Of a DNA stretch of 64,000 nucleotides, positions 17,172 through 27,718 are shown one piece after another (the first letter of the stretch is position 1; each line of letters starts with the position of its first letter). The notes beneath the pieces are model-generated. The model had not been told where the DNA came from. It saw only the letters and a program-made list of their open reading frames with translations, and did not search any database. The stretch comes from Bacilli bacterium (GTDB lineage: Bacteria > Bacillota_I > Bacilli_A > RF39 > UBA660), in NCBI GenBank assembly GCA_016283935.1, contig JAEENX010000020.1:11268-75267 (forward strand), read 5' to 3'. The position numbers and the translations under genes are program-made.

Positions 17172-18774
17172 TTTCATCTTCATCAGTAAAATTATATTGT
17201 CTTGTACTCATTAAGTCAGAAAGAGCTTCATCAATATCTACTGTATCATCTAAGTTTCTTTTTGTTGCTACGTGTTCTACTGATTCAATTTCAGTTTCTA
17301 CATTGTAGTCTGCATCTGCATCTGGATTTCTTCTAATATTTATATTGATTTCATCTGCATCTGATAAATTTAATAAATCTTCATCTGATTCATTAATATC
17401 ATCAATTTGTTTTACTTCGATACTATCTTCTTTTTTCTCTTCAACTTCATCTTTTTTTGAATCTTTTTTATCATCTTTCTTTTCAGGTTTCTTTCTAAAG
17501 ATAAAGTATCCAGATACACCAATTATTACAATTCCTAAAACGATTAATAATACAATTAACCAAGTTTTAGAGTTTTTCTTTTCTTCTTTTGTTTCTTTTG
17601 AATCTTCTTCAGCTTCTTTAACTTTTATGTTTCCATCTTCATCAAATTCATATGTTTTATTTTTTATTTTAGCCCATTCAGCTGGATATTGTTTTTCGAA
17701 TTCTTCTTCAGTTAATTCTTTCTTTTCTTGATTTGAATCTAAGAAAGTGATTTTTCCATCTTTATAAGCTTTAACTATTATATCTTGATCATCTAATCTT
17801 GTTACTACTACTTTATATTCAACAGTTTCAGTATCTAATACATTAGTAACTTTAATAGAAATAGTATTTTCACCAACTACTAAATTATCATGTCCTTTTA
17901 TTTCAACTGTAGCTTTTTCATCTTCTGCTTCATAAGTAATTGCAGTAGCAAGTGTTACTAAAGAGTAAGGAATAGATAATGTGTATTCATATACATCTGG
18001 TTTAAACTTTGGAGATAATTCATATTCACCAACCACTAAAGATTTTAATTTAGCTGAGTTATATGATGTTTCTCCTCTATATACTGTAAAAGTATATTTA
18101 GCTGTACCAATATTATCTTCAGCTTTTGATGTTAATATAACTTTATTTTCTCCAATATTAAGATCTACTTTCATTGAATTTACTTGAACTCCACCTTCAA
18201 GTGTTGCACCATTACAATTTGTATCTTCACAAACGTAATCAAATACAATTGATTTAACTGTATCAGCTATACCATAAATAACATAATCAGTTTTATCAGC
18301 TGAGAACTCTGGACTAATCTTTCCTGAAGAAACTGTAACTTCTTTAAGTCTAGCATTTGATGATGCTTTTCTTTCTTCTGGTTTAGGTCCTAAATCAATT
18401 TTATTAGTTTGAATTGTATATGTTTCATATTTTAATGTAGCAACCACATCATTAACAGATCTTTCTTTATGATTTGTAATAGTTAATGTAGCAACTTTTT
18501 GACCATTAATTTCTGTACCTGATAGTGATAGAATATGATCTTTTACATTAGATATTTCACAGGAAATATCAGATGAATCATACCCATCTACTGAACAATA
18601 AACTCCTTTAATAGCAGCAACTGTTTCACCTTCACCTAGCGAAATTGTTACTGGAACAGTAGCAACATTAGCGCTTACATTCTTTTGCCCTAATTCCAAT
18701 GATGCTGCATTAACAAATGTTGGAATAAATAAAACCATAACCCCTAGAAGTAATAAACTTTTTAGTTTTTTCAT
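17167..18774 (-). CDS. Secreted, C-terminally membrane-anchored surface protein with two cadherin-like beta-sandwich repeats
   Basis: Sec signal peptide MKKLKSLLLLGVMVLFIPTFVNA. Two repeats of the pattern L-K-x-L/V-x-V...L/I-S-P-x-F...Y-x-Y (ARLKEVTVSSGKISPEFSADKTDY, AKLKSLVVGEYELSPKFKPDVYEY). Then a TM helix (WLIVLLIVLGIVIIGVSGYFIF) and a K/D/E-rich tail. I start it at ATG 18774; the track start is a TTG. Confidence 0.7.
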   Translation of the reverse strand: MKKLKSLLLLGVMVLFIPTFVNAASLELGQKNVSANVATVPVTISLGEGETVAAIKGVYCSVDGYDSSDISCEISNVKDHILSLSGTEINGQKVATLTITNHKERSVNDVVATLKYETYTIQTNKIDLGPKPEERKASSNARLKEVTVSSGKISPEFSADKTDYVIYGIADTVKSIVFDYVCEDTNCNGATLEGGVQVNSMKVDLNIGENKVILTSKAEDNIGTAKYTFTVYRGETSYNSAKLKSLVVGEYELSPKFKPDVYEYTLSIPYSLVTLATAITYEAEDEKATVEIKGHDNLVVGENTISIKVTNVLDTETVEYKVVVTRLDDQDIIVKAYKDGKITFLDSNQEKKELTEEEFEKQYPAEWAKIKNKTYEFDEDGNIKVKEAEEDSKETKEEKKNSKTWLIVLLIVLGIVIIGVSGYFIFRKKPEKKDDKKDSKKDEVEEKKEDSIEVKQIDDINESDEDLLNLSDADEININIRRNPDADADYNVETEIESVEHVATKRNLDDTVDIDEALSDLMSTRQYNFTDEDEK

Positions 18775-18836
18775 TTTCACATTTCTTCCCTTCAATTATA
18801 TTCAAATTATAGCACTCGCATTTTATTTTTACAATA

Positions 18837-19919
18837 CTATAAAAGTTTTACAAGTATTTCATTCATAACATATATTTTATCTTCTGGTATTTTTAAATAA
18901 CCATCATGATAAATTAATTCTTTTGTTCTCATTAAGTCTTTTACAGGATAAACGTCTTGAATATTTGTATTATATTTTTCAAAGAAATCATCGACATTTA
19001 TACCTTCTAATTTTCTTAGACCAAGCATAATTTCATTATCCATTTGATCTTTATAACTCATTAAATTATTTTCAACTCTTAGATTACCAGCAATATATTC
19101 ATGTAGGTTTCTAGTATTAGTATATCTAAATCCTGCTTTAAATCCAGATGCTCCAAGACCAAATCCATAGTATTCACCATTAGACCAGTAATTCATATTA
19201 TGTTTTGATTCAAATCCTTCTAAAGCAAAGTTTGATACTTCATAATGCTTAAATCCATGAGATTTTAATACCTTATTAATTGTGTCATACATTTTTCTAT
19301 CTAAATCTTCAGATATGTATTCTTTACCCTCTATTTTTAACTTAGTATGGTCTTCAATCATTAATGAATAGGTACTAATATGTGTTGGTTGTAATTTTAT
19401 TAATTTATTTAAATCTTTCTTTAATACACCTAATTTTTCTCCAGGAATAGCATACATTAAATCTAAATTAATGTTATCAATACCTCTATTTCTTATAAGT
19501 TCTATCTTATTCTTTAAATCTTTAAAATTCGAATCTCTTTCTAATATATTTAAATTTTCTTCATTAAAGGATTCAACACCAATTGAAATTCTATTAACTC
19601 CACCTGCACATAAATCATCTAAAAGATATTCATCTATATCATTTGGATTACATTCAAATGTATATTCACAGTCCGGAGACCTTTTAAAAATTTCTAATAT
19701 TCTAAATAATTTTACTCTTTCTTTTTTTGTTAAACATGAAGGTGTTCCACCACCAATATAGATAGTTTCAATTCTTTCTCCTTCATAACTATTAAGGATT
19801 TCATCCTTAAGTGCTTCTAAGTAATCATCAACAAAAGTGTCTATATGTAACACTTTGCAGAAATCACAATAAGCACATATTCTACTACAAAATGGAATAT
19901 GTATATACACACTTTTCAT
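18837..19919 (-). CDS. hemW: Radical SAM heme chaperone HemW (HemN-like)
   Basis: The radical SAM cluster motif HIPFCSRICAYCDFC, the IYIGGGTPS motif, and a size of 360 aa. Confidence 0.85.
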   Translation of the reverse strand: MKSVYIHIPFCSRICAYCDFCKVLHIDTFVDDYLEALKDEILNSYEGERIETIYIGGGTPSCLTKKERVKLFRILEIFKRSPDCEYTFECNPNDIDEYLLDDLCAGGVNRISIGVESFNEENLNILERDSNFKDLKNKIELIRNRGIDNINLDLMYAIPGEKLGVLKKDLNKLIKLQPTHISTYSLMIEDHTKLKIEGKEYISEDLDRKMYDTINKVLKSHGFKHYEVSNFALEGFESKHNMNYWSNGEYYGFGLGASGFKAGFRYTNTRNLHEYIAGNLRVENNLMSYKDQMDNEIMLGLRKLEGINVDDFFEKYNTNIQDVYPVKDLMRTKELIYHDGYLKIPEDKIYVMNEILVKLL

Positions 19920-20003
19920 TCATCATCACCCTATACTAAAATTATATAAAAAAGTAAATAAAAACTCAATATTATTTTCTTTTTTACGCAAATTTAACGA
20001 AAT

Positions 20004-20028
20004 AAAAAGAATAGTTGTTACTATTCTT
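20004..20028 (-). terminator. Intrinsic terminator after the 194-aa gene
   Basis: AAGAATAGT (20007-20015) pairs with ACTATTCTT (20020-20028), followed by a U-tract on the minus strand. Confidence 0.65.
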
Positions 20029-20611
20029 ATTTTGAAGCCACCATATAGAAATATGTGTTGTCGGAATTGTCATAATTTATATTAAATTCTCCATCATTCA
20101 TATTTTCATATATTGATCTTACATCAGCTAATTTTTTCATTTTATCTAAATCATCATTATGCCCGAATACACCGTATATTATACTTTTATTTAAATTATG
20201 CATCATAGAAAATCTATCTAATTGACTTCTAGATGATAAATTATACGACATAAATGAATCATACTCGTCTATTGGAAATAATTGACCATTATGGTAAATT
20301 TTGATTTCTTTTTTAGCAATTTTAACTTTTCTTACAGGTATATTGATTGTAGAAGCATTTTCGGTAATAAGTCTTTTCTCTATATTATCAGCTGTTCTTC
20401 TTACTAAAATTGAATCAAATGGTCCTTTATCTAATTCTGCAATATTTGAGTCTTTGAATTTATATCCTTGTGATTCAAGGAATTCTATATATGCATTTAA
20501 TTCATAGCTATATTTATCTAACCATTCTTTAAATCCTTTATCATATATAGTTTTACATTTTGAGCCAGTTGCTCTGTTATATTGTTTTAATAAATCTTCA
20601 TACATTGTCAT
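20027..20611 (-). CDS. Hypothetical cytoplasmic protein (194 aa)
   Basis: AGAGGGG SD before ATG 20611. No TM segment, signal peptide or recognisable motif. It is bracketed by terminators between lepA and hemW. Confidence 0.55.
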   Translation of the reverse strand: MTMYEDLLKQYNRATGSKCKTIYDKGFKEWLDKYSYELNAYIEFLESQGYKFKDSNIAELDKGPFDSILVRRTADNIEKRLITENASTINIPVRKVKIAKKEIKIYHNGQLFPIDEYDSFMSYNLSSRSQLDRFSMMHNLNKSIIYGVFGHNDDLDKMKKLADVRSIYENMNDGEFNINYDNSDNTYFYMVASK

Positions 20612-20642
20612 GTCAAAACCCCTCTTTTGTCATTGCCTTAAA

Positions 20643-20696
20643 TAAAAAAACATAACCCCTTGAAAACTTGTATTATGATAGCATAATAAAGGGGTT
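20643..20696 (-). terminator. Compound hairpin/terminator after lepA
   Basis: The outer stem is AACCCCTT (20654-20661) with AAGGGGTT (20689-20696). The inner stem is ATTATG (20672-20677) with CATAAT (20682-20687). A U-tract lies 3 nt after the stem on the minus strand. Confidence 0.5.
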
Positions 20697-20712
20697 TATG
20701 CAAATGTTTTTA

Positions 20713-22512
20713 TTAAGATTTATCTGTTTTTAATACTGCTAAGAAGGCTTCAGGTGGTAATTCTACTCTACCAATAGTTTTCATCTTTTTCTTACCTTCT
20801 TTTTGTTTTTCTAATAGCTTTCTCTTACGTGAAATATCTCCACCATAACATTTAGCTAATACATTCTTTCTCATTTGAGAAATAGTTTCTCTAGCTATTA
20901 CCTTATTACCAATACTTGCTTGAAGAGGAACAATAAATAATTGTCTAGGAATAATTTGTTTCAAATCTCCAACAATCTTTTTACCTCTTTCATAAGCAAA
21001 ATCTTTATGTACTATCATTGATAACGCATCAACAGTCTCTCCATTAATTAAAATATCCATTTTTACTAGATCTTGTGCTTGATATCCTATAAATTCATAG
21101 TCAAATGAAGCATATCCTTTAGTGCTTGATTTTAATCTATCAAAAAAATCATAAACTATTTCTGATAAAGGTAAATCATAATGAATATTAACTCTTTGAG
21201 CATTTATATATTCAATTGATTTATATATACCTCTTTTATCTTGGCAAAGTTCCATAATTGCACCAATGTATTCAGATGGCACAAATATATTAGTGGATAT
21301 AAAAGGCTCTCTAATCTCTTTAATTTGTGTTCTATCAGGCATTTTAGATGGACTGTCTACTATAATTTCTTCTCCACCATTTAATGTAACTTCATATATA
21401 ACAGAAGGAGAAGTTGCAATAATATCTAGATCAAATTCTCTTCTAATTCTTTCTTCTATTACATCCATATGTAATAAACCTAGGAAACCACATCTAAAAC
21501 CAAATCCTAAAGCTTCTGATGTTTCAGGTTCAAATGATAAAGATGCATCATTTAATTTTAATTTTTCTAAAGCTTCTTTTAATGCTTCAAATTTATTAGG
21601 TTCAATTGGAAATAAACCAGAGTATACCATTGGTTTCATTGGTTGGTAACCTGGTAATGGTTCGTTAGCTTTAGCTCTTAAAGTTGTAATAGTATCACCA
21701 ACTTTAATAGTTTCAATTGTTTTTATTGAAGCATCTACCCAACCTACTTGACCAGATACTAACTTATCCATACTTTTTCTTTTAGGAGTATTAACACCAA
21801 TATCAACAATTTGATAGTCTTTATTGGTTGCCATTAATTTAATAGTATCGCCTTTTTTTATTTCACCTTCAAACAATCTGATAGATGCAATAACGCCACG
21901 ATATGGATCAAAATATGAGTCAAATATCATTGCTTTTGTTGCAGTTCCTTCATCTTCTTTAGGAGGATTAATTCTCTCAACTATAGCATCAAGAATTTCT
22001 TTTACTCCTTCACCTGTTTTAGCAGAACATTTTAAAACTTCATCTTCTCTAAAACCTAATACATTTACTAATTCATCCATTCTCTTAGGAATGTCAGCGT
22101 TTGGTAAATCTATTTTATTAATAACTGGAATAATAGTTAAATCATTATTTAATGCTAAATAGAAGTTTGCAAGGGTTTGTGCCTCAATACCTTGAGCAGC
22201 ATCTATTATTAATATTGCACCTTCACACGCCGCTAAACTACGTGATACTTCATATGAAAAGTCTACATGTCCTGGAGTATCTATTAAGTGCAATTGATAT
22301 TCTTCATTATTATATTTATATGAAAGTTCAACAGCATTTAATTTAATTGTAATTCCACGTTCTCTTTCAAGATCCATCGAATCTAATAATTGATCTTGCA
22401 TATCATGTGAATCTACAGCACCAGTTAACTCAAGTATTCTATCTGCAAGAGTACTTTTACCATGATCAATATGTGCAATAATACTAAAATTTCTTATATG
22501 TTTTTTATCCAT
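20713..22512 (-). CDS. lepA: Translation elongation factor 4 (LepA)
   Basis: G motifs [17 protein letters not shown] and NKID, plus the LepA-specific C-terminal domain. 599 aa. Confidence 0.95.
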   Translation of the reverse strand: MDKKHIRNFSIIAHIDHGKSTLADRILELTGAVDSHDMQDQLLDSMDLERERGITIKLNAVELSYKYNNEEYQLHLIDTPGHVDFSYEVSRSLAACEGAILIIDAAQGIEAQTLANFYLALNNDLTIIPVINKIDLPNADIPKRMDELVNVLGFREDEVLKCSAKTGEGVKEILDAIVERINPPKEDEGTATKAMIFDSYFDPYRGVIASIRLFEGEIKKGDTIKLMATNKDYQIVDIGVNTPKRKSMDKLVSGQVGWVDASIKTIETIKVGDTITTLRAKANEPLPGYQPMKPMVYSGLFPIEPNKFEALKEALEKLKLNDASLSFEPETSEALGFGFRCGFLGLLHMDVIEERIRREFDLDIIATSPSVIYEVTLNGGEEIIVDSPSKMPDRTQIKEIREPFISTNIFVPSEYIGAIMELCQDKRGIYKSIEYINAQRVNIHYDLPLSEIVYDFFDRLKSSTKGYASFDYEFIGYQAQDLVKMDILINGETVDALSMIVHKDFAYERGKKIVGDLKQIIPRQLFIVPLQASIGNKVIARETISQMRKNVLAKCYGGDISRKRKLLEKQKEGKKKMKTIGRVELPPEAFLAVLKTDKS

Positions 22513-22515
22513 ATA

Positions 22516-23175
22516 TTATTCACCACATCTTTTTATTAATTTCTTTAAATGTCTAATTTCTTTATTTAATCTAAATTTTAATATCACTTTATTAGTTGGT
22601 ATAAAATTTTTAATCTTTATACATTGATTTAATTCAAAATTAAGATATGCTTTATCTTTAATTAGAATAGGTCCATATCTTAATTCATCTTTTGTATACT
22701 TTTTATTACCTTTTTCAAATACTATTATTATATAGTTTTTACCCATATCAACTAGGTATTCTTCATCTTTTACTATATATCCTAGTTTTGTAACTTCTAT
22801 ACGAAGTTCAGTATGGTCATTATTTGATTGAATGATTAGTTTATTAATATTCTTTAAATAGTTATTATTTAGAATATCTAAAATAGTTGTAGTACCCATT
22901 CCTGAAATTAGAACTGTATTAATATCATCTTTATCAGATAATACTTCCATTCCGTTTCCAAGGCGAGTTTCTATTTTTTTAGATAATTTTTCTTTTTTTA
23001 TATTAGAAACACCAGCATTTAATGCTCCTTCATGCACATCAGAAACAATTACTTTATCTAATATTTTATTTTTAACTAAATAAATATCTAATAATGCATG
23101 ATCACATCCTATATCAATTAATCTATCTTCATTTGAAACATAAGACGCAATTCTTTTTAATCTATTACTAATCAT
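22516..23175 (-). CDS. trmK: tRNA (adenine22-N1)-methyltransferase TrmK-like
   Basis: The N-terminus RLKRIASYV...LIDIGCDHALL is typical of TrmK/YqfN. It follows sigA, as in B. subtilis. Confidence 0.8.
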   Translation of the reverse strand: MISNRLKRIASYVSNEDRLIDIGCDHALLDIYLVKNKILDKVIVSDVHEGALNAGVSNIKKEKLSKKIETRLGNGMEVLSDKDDINTVLISGMGTTTILDILNNNYLKNINKLIIQSNNDHTELRIEVTKLGYIVKDEEYLVDMGKNYIIIVFEKGNKKYTKDELRYGPILIKDKAYLNFELNQCIKIKNFIPTNKVILKFRLNKEIRHLKKLIKRCGE

Positions 23176-23196
23176 ATAATCACCACTTTAAATTTG

Positions 23197-23223
23197 AAAA
23201 AGAGAAAAGATATCTTTTCTCTT
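23197..23223 (-). terminator. Intrinsic terminator after sigA
   Basis: A perfect 24-nt palindrome AAGAGAAAAGAT/ATCTTTTCTCTT (23200-23223), followed by a U-tract on the minus strand. Confidence 0.7.
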
Positions 23224-23224
23224 A

Positions 23225-24415
23225 TTAATCCATCATGAAATCTTTTAATTTTTTAGCTCTTGATGGATGTCTTAATTTTCTTAAAGCTTTTGCTTCAATT
23301 TGTCTAATACGTTCACGAGTAACGTTAAATCTTTTACCTACTTCTTCAAGAGTATATGAAGTACCATCAATAAGACCAAATCTTAATTCAAGTACTTGTT
23401 GTTCTCTTGGTTGTAATGTAGATAAAACTGATTTGATTTCTTCTTTTAAAATTTCGTTAGTTGCATATTCTTCAGGAGATAATGAAGATTCATCTTTAAT
23501 AAAATCTCCTAAATGTGAATCATCTTCTTCTCCAATTGGAGTTTCTAATGAAACTGGGTCTTGAGAAATCTTCATAACTTCTCTAACTCTATCAACTGAG
23601 ATACCCATCTTTTTAGCGATTTCTTCATCACTTGGTTCACGGTTTAATTCAAGTGTCATTTGTCTTTGAATTCTAGCCATTTTATTGATTGTTTCAACCA
23701 TATGAACTGGTACACGGATAGTTCTAGCTTGGTCAGCTAAAGCACGAGTAATTGCTTGTCTAATCCACCATGTTGCATATGTAGAAAATTTAAATCCTTT
23801 TTCATAATCGAATTTTTCTACAGCTTTCATTAAACCAATATTACCTTCTTGGATAAGGTCTAGGAATAATAAACCACGTCCAACATATCTTTTTGCAATT
23901 GATACAACTAAACGTAAGTTAGCTTCTGCTAATCTATTTCTAGCAAATTCATCACCATCAGCTACTTTTAAAGATAATTCAGCTTCTTCATCTGGTGATA
24001 ATAATGAAATTCTACCAATTTCTTTTAAATACATACGAACTGGGTCGTTTATATTTACATCTTTAACTAAATCTTCATCAGATAATAAGATTGGTTCTTC
24101 TTCAATCATATCTTTTCCAGATCCAGCATTTGCATCATCTTCAGTTACAACTGAGATACCAGCTTCCATTAACGCATTATATAAGCTATCTAATGAGTCA
24201 GCATCTAATTCTAGTCCTTTTAATGCATCAGCTAATCTTTCGAATGTGATAAATCCGTTCTTTTTACCTTCTTCAATTAATTCGGCTTTTCTTTCATCTA
24301 AAGTTTTAATTTCTACTATACCCTTGCTTTTTTTAGTTGTTTTTCCTTCTACAGGTAATTCAGTTTGAACTACTTCTGTTACTTCTTCTGTCTTCTTACT
24401 CATTTTACTTTCCAT
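23225..24415 (-). CDS. sigA: Primary RNA polymerase sigma factor
   Basis: Region 2 [16 protein letters not shown] and region 4.2 [30 protein letters not shown]. The alternative ATG at 24403 lies just after the dnaG stop, so the start is uncertain by 4 codons. Confidence 0.93.
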   Translation of the reverse strand: MESKMSKKTEEVTEVVQTELPVEGKTTKKSKGIVEIKTLDERKAELIEEGKKNGFITFERLADALKGLELDADSLDSLYNALMEAGISVVTEDDANAGSGKDMIEEEPILLSDEDLVKDVNINDPVRMYLKEIGRISLLSPDEEAELSLKVADGDEFARNRLAEANLRLVVSIAKRYVGRGLLFLDLIQEGNIGLMKAVEKFDYEKGFKFSTYATWWIRQAITRALADQARTIRVPVHMVETINKMARIQRQMTLELNREPSDEEIAKKMGISVDRVREVMKISQDPVSLETPIGEEDDSHLGDFIKDESSLSPEEYATNEILKEEIKSVLSTLQPREQQVLELRFGLIDGTSYTLEEVGKRFNVTRERIRQIEAKALRKLRHPSRAKKLKDFMMD

Positions 24416-26138
24416 CCTTTTTTAATTTTATTATTTCATCCATGATTTTTGATTGTTCATTGATATCAGTTTCGTTTTTCATTTTTTCTTTTAGATATTT
24501 TATTCTAGAACTAATATCGATATCTTTGATCTTTTTAATATAACCAATAAAATCATTATCAAATAGCTTTAACCCTAAATTATCAGATACAATTGCATCT
24601 AATTCTTCTTGGAAATCAGATTCATAACTATTTGCAACAAAATCTGCCATATTAATATAATTAAATTTTAGATAAAATGCAACAATCTCTTGTGCAATTT
24701 CATCATATTTTTTATCAGGTAAATATCCTAATTCCTGATTATATAATTGAATATATTTAATATCATTTAACAAATAATATATAAATGATCTATATGTCTT
24801 GGTTAAATTATCTAATTTTTCTTTCTTTTCCTTAAGAGTGACTACTTCTTTATATACCTTTTTTGTATCTGCTATATCATCTAGTTTATTTAATAAAACT
24901 TGCTTATCTATATTATATTTATTAGATATATCATTTATAGTTAGTTCTCTTAAAATAGGATCATTAGATTTATTTAATTCTTTTATTACTTGATTAATAT
25001 ATTTATTTAAATCTTCTATTTTATTTAAATCTTTATCTTCTTTTAAATTCGCTAATTTAAAATCAAAATAATTTACTGAATGTTCTATAGCAGCTTTATA
25101 ACTATCTATTCCATTTTTTAAAATATATTCATCAGGGTCTTTTGCATCCTTAATTCTTAATACTTTAACATTAACGTCTTCATTAGCAAGTATATCTCCA
25201 TTAGTGATAGTTGCTTTTAAACCAGCATTATCGTTATCAAATGCAAGTATTACATCAACACCTAATCTTTTTAATAAAGCTACATGTTTTTGTGTTAATG
25301 CAGTACCCATTGTTGCTACGACTGATTTTATTCCACTTGAATATATTCTAATTGCATCCATTTGACCTTCAACAACTAATATATATTTATAATTAGATGC
25401 TTCTTTAGATGCTCTATGATAATTAAATAAAATATTACCTTTTTTAAATACGGGTGTTTCTTTTGTATTTATATATTTGGCTTCATCTATATCTTTATAT
25501 ATACGTGCAGAAAAACCTACACATCGACCATCAGCATTATGAATTGGGAATGTAATTCTATCCCTAAATAAGTCATATAATGAATTTCCAATATTTGCTA
25601 ATCCAGTTTCTAATAAAATATTTTCATCATATCCTTTTGATAACAATATTTTACTTAGATTGTCTGGTTTTGAGATAGCATAACCAATTTCAAATTCATT
25701 TATTATTTCTTCACTTAATCCACGTTTTAATAAATATTCTTTAGCATCATGTCCTTCTTTACTTTGAATATTTAATTGATAAAATTTCATTGCAAAGTCT
25801 AATGCTTCTAAATGTTTAGTATAACGATATGTTACATTTGATACACCATCAATCTTTGTACCAATTTTATCTGCAACAATTTTAACAGCCTCAGGGAAAG
25901 ATACATGTTCAATTTCTCGTACAAAATCAAATACAGTACCAGATTTATTACATCCGAAGCATTTCCAAAATTTCATTGTTTCATTAACTGATAAGGAAGG
26001 ACCTTTATCACCATGGAACGGGCATACTCCGAAGTAATTGCTACCTTTCTTTTCTAAGCTAATATAATTTGATATAACATCTATTATATTTGCTTGAGAC
26101 TGGATTCTATTTATTTCCTCTTTAGGAATTCCAGCCAT
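24405..26138 (-). CDS. dnaG: DNA primase
   Basis: The zinc finger [13 protein letters not shown]...CFGC, the Toprim motifs VVEGQMD and AFDNDNAG, and the dnaG-sigA order. Confidence 0.92.
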   Translation of the reverse strand: MAGIPKEEINRIQSQANIIDVISNYISLEKKGSNYFGVCPFHGDKGPSLSVNETMKFWKCFGCNKSGTVFDFVREIEHVSFPEAVKIVADKIGTKIDGVSNVTYRYTKHLEALDFAMKFYQLNIQSKEGHDAKEYLLKRGLSEEIINEFEIGYAISKPDNLSKILLSKGYDENILLETGLANIGNSLYDLFRDRITFPIHNADGRCVGFSARIYKDIDEAKYINTKETPVFKKGNILFNYHRASKEASNYKYILVVEGQMDAIRIYSSGIKSVVATMGTALTQKHVALLKRLGVDVILAFDNDNAGLKATITNGDILANEDVNVKVLRIKDAKDPDEYILKNGIDSYKAAIEHSVNYFDFKLANLKEDKDLNKIEDLNKYINQVIKELNKSNDPILRELTINDISNKYNIDKQVLLNKLDDIADTKKVYKEVVTLKEKKEKLDNLTKTYRSFIYYLLNDIKYIQLYNQELGYLPDKKYDEIAQEIVAFYLKFNYINMADFVANSYESDFQEELDAIVSDNLGLKLFDNDFIGYIKKIKDIDISSRIKYLKEKMKNETDINEQSKIMDEIIKLKKDGK

Positions 26139-26140
26139 AA

Positions 26141-26185
26141 AAAATCACCCTCTACTAATATATTTTACCGGTAAGGGGTGATTTT
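26141..26185 (-). promoter_or_regulatory. Hairpin sequestering the dnaG Shine-Dalgarno sequence (terminator-like)
   Basis: In the mRNA, AAAAUCACCC (26185-26176) pairs perfectly with GGGUGAUUUU (50-41 of 261xx) across a 25-nt loop. GGGUGA is the dnaG SD. The UUUUUU that begins with the last four stem bases runs into the AUG at 26138. Confidence 0.5.
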
Positions 26186-26248
26186 ACTTGAAATTTATTT
26201 AATTTTTTTAATAAAATTTACATTTTTATCGAAAAACAGTATTTTATA

Positions 26249-27358
26249 TTATAAATACCATAGTTTTTCGCCGTTTTTTCTTACTTCTTTAATAATTCCA
26301 GAACCTAAACATTCTTGGCCTAAATATAATACACAAGCTTGTCCAGGAGTTACTGATTTAACTTTTGATGGATACTTAACTCTTATTTCATTATTTTCTA
26401 AAAATTCAAGTATTACATCATAATCTGGTCCTCTATATCTAAACTTAGCTGTACAGAAATCAGGCATTCTTGGAGTAATAATATTTACATTTTCAATTAT
26501 ACATTCATCTGAATATAATGTTTCTGGATCTTCTCCAAATGCAACATATAGTATATTCTTTTCTACATTTTTACCAACTACGAAGTGTTTTTCATCATAT
26601 CCAGATATACCAACTTGTCTTCTTTGACCAATTGTATAATTCATTAAGCCTTCATGTCTACCAATTACTTCTCCTGTATCTACATTTACTATATCACCAG
26701 GATTTGGTTTTAAATAATTTTGTATGAATTTTTGATAGTTTCTTTCACCAATAAAGCAAATACCTGTAGAATCTTTTTTCTTGGCTGTAGGTATATTTTG
26801 TTCTACAGCAATTTCTCTTACTTCAGGCTTTGTTAAGTCTCCAATTGGGAATAATACATTTTTAAGTTGTTCTGGTCTTAATTGAGCTAAAAAGTATGTT
26901 TGATCTTTATTTAAATCTTCAGCTCTATATAATCTACAATCTTTAGTTTGAGCATAATGACCTGTAGCTATATAATCAGCACCTAATTTCTTTGCTTCTT
27001 TTACAAATGAATCAAACTTTATATATTTATTACACATTAAATCAGGATTTGGTGTTCTACCTTTCTTTAATTCTTCTAAGAAATAAGTAAATACATTGTC
27101 CCAATACTCTTTAATAAAATCTACTCTATGTAATTCAATGCCTAAAGATTCACATACTGCTTTTGCATCATTGTAATCTTGTTCTTGAGGACAAATGTCT
27201 TGTCCTAATGTAGGATTACCTTCTATGTCATTATTAACCATAGCATCCCAATTACGCATGAATAAGCCAATTACTTCATAACCTTGTTTTTTTAGTAGAT
27301 ATGCAGCTACTGAAGAGTCTACTCCACCACTCATACCGATAACAACACGTTTTGCCAT
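26249..27358 (-). CDS. mnmA: tRNA-specific 2-thiouridylase
   Basis: The PP-loop VIGMSGGVDSS and the conserved Cys in the CFIGER context. 369 aa. Confidence 0.93.
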   Translation of the reverse strand: MAKRVVIGMSGGVDSSVAAYLLKKQGYEVIGLFMRNWDAMVNNDIEGNPTLGQDICPQEQDYNDAKAVCESLGIELHRVDFIKEYWDNVFTYFLEELKKGRTPNPDLMCNKYIKFDSFVKEAKKLGADYIATGHYAQTKDCRLYRAEDLNKDQTYFLAQLRPEQLKNVLFPIGDLTKPEVREIAVEQNIPTAKKKDSTGICFIGERNYQKFIQNYLKPNPGDIVNVDTGEVIGRHEGLMNYTIGQRRQVGISGYDEKHFVVGKNVEKNILYVAFGEDPETLYSDECIIENVNIITPRMPDFCTAKFRYRGPDYDVILEFLENNEIRVKYPSKVKSVTPGQACVLYLGQECLGSGIIKEVRKNGEKLWYL

Positions 27359-27454
27359 ATTATCCCTTCTTCCTGAAGTATTATAGCATATATTATAATA
27401 ATTTACACTTTAATTTATTTATAATTATGGTATAATTTAATAAGGTGACGAGAA

Positions 27455-27658
27455 ATGAACGAAGATAATAACGTAAAAGCTGTAGTTGGTAATATTCGTA
27501 TAAAAGCAGAAAAAAAGAAAACAAAATTAGATAAATATGGTAATGAGAAAGTATCTTTAGGTAAAAAGATATTCGTATGGGCAATGTTTATTGCAATGTT
27601 TGCAGCATTTATTGTTCCACTTGCAATATACTTTATTAATTATGCTTTAAGTAAATAA
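27455..27658 (+). CDS. Hypothetical small tail-anchored membrane protein (67 aa)
   Basis: TGGTATAAT box at 27428-27436 and an AAGGTGA SD. It has a basic N-terminus and one C-terminal TM helix, and is followed by a clean terminator. Confidence 0.5.
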   Translation: MNEDNNVKAVVGNIRIKAEKKKTKLDKYGNEKVSLGKKIFVWAMFIAMFAAFIVPLAIYFINYALSK

Positions 27659-27679
27659 GAAGTTTATACTTCTTTTTTA
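27657..27679 (+). terminator. Intrinsic terminator after the 67-aa gene
   Basis: AAGAAGT (27657-27663) pairs with ACTTCTT (27668-27674), then TTTT. Confidence 0.65.
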
Positions 27680-27690
27680 TTTGTAATATA

Positions 27691-27718
27691 AAAGGAAGAA
27701 CTATTTAGTTCTTCCTTT
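27691..27718. terminator. 11-bp hairpin at the 3' end of the 962-aa gene
   Basis: AAAGGAAGAAC (27691-27701) pairs with GTTCTTCCTTT (27708-27718). The stop TAG (27701-27703) straddles one arm and the loop, and the other arm encodes the last residues. No clean U-tract on the minus strand. Confidence 0.35.

Noticed and set aside
26166-26175. Palindrome TTACCGGTAA in the loop of the dnaG hairpin as an operator site
   Set aside because: It is a single 10-nt palindrome with no second copy in the window and no adjacent regulator gene. The evidence is insufficient, so I mention it only as part of the hairpin finding.
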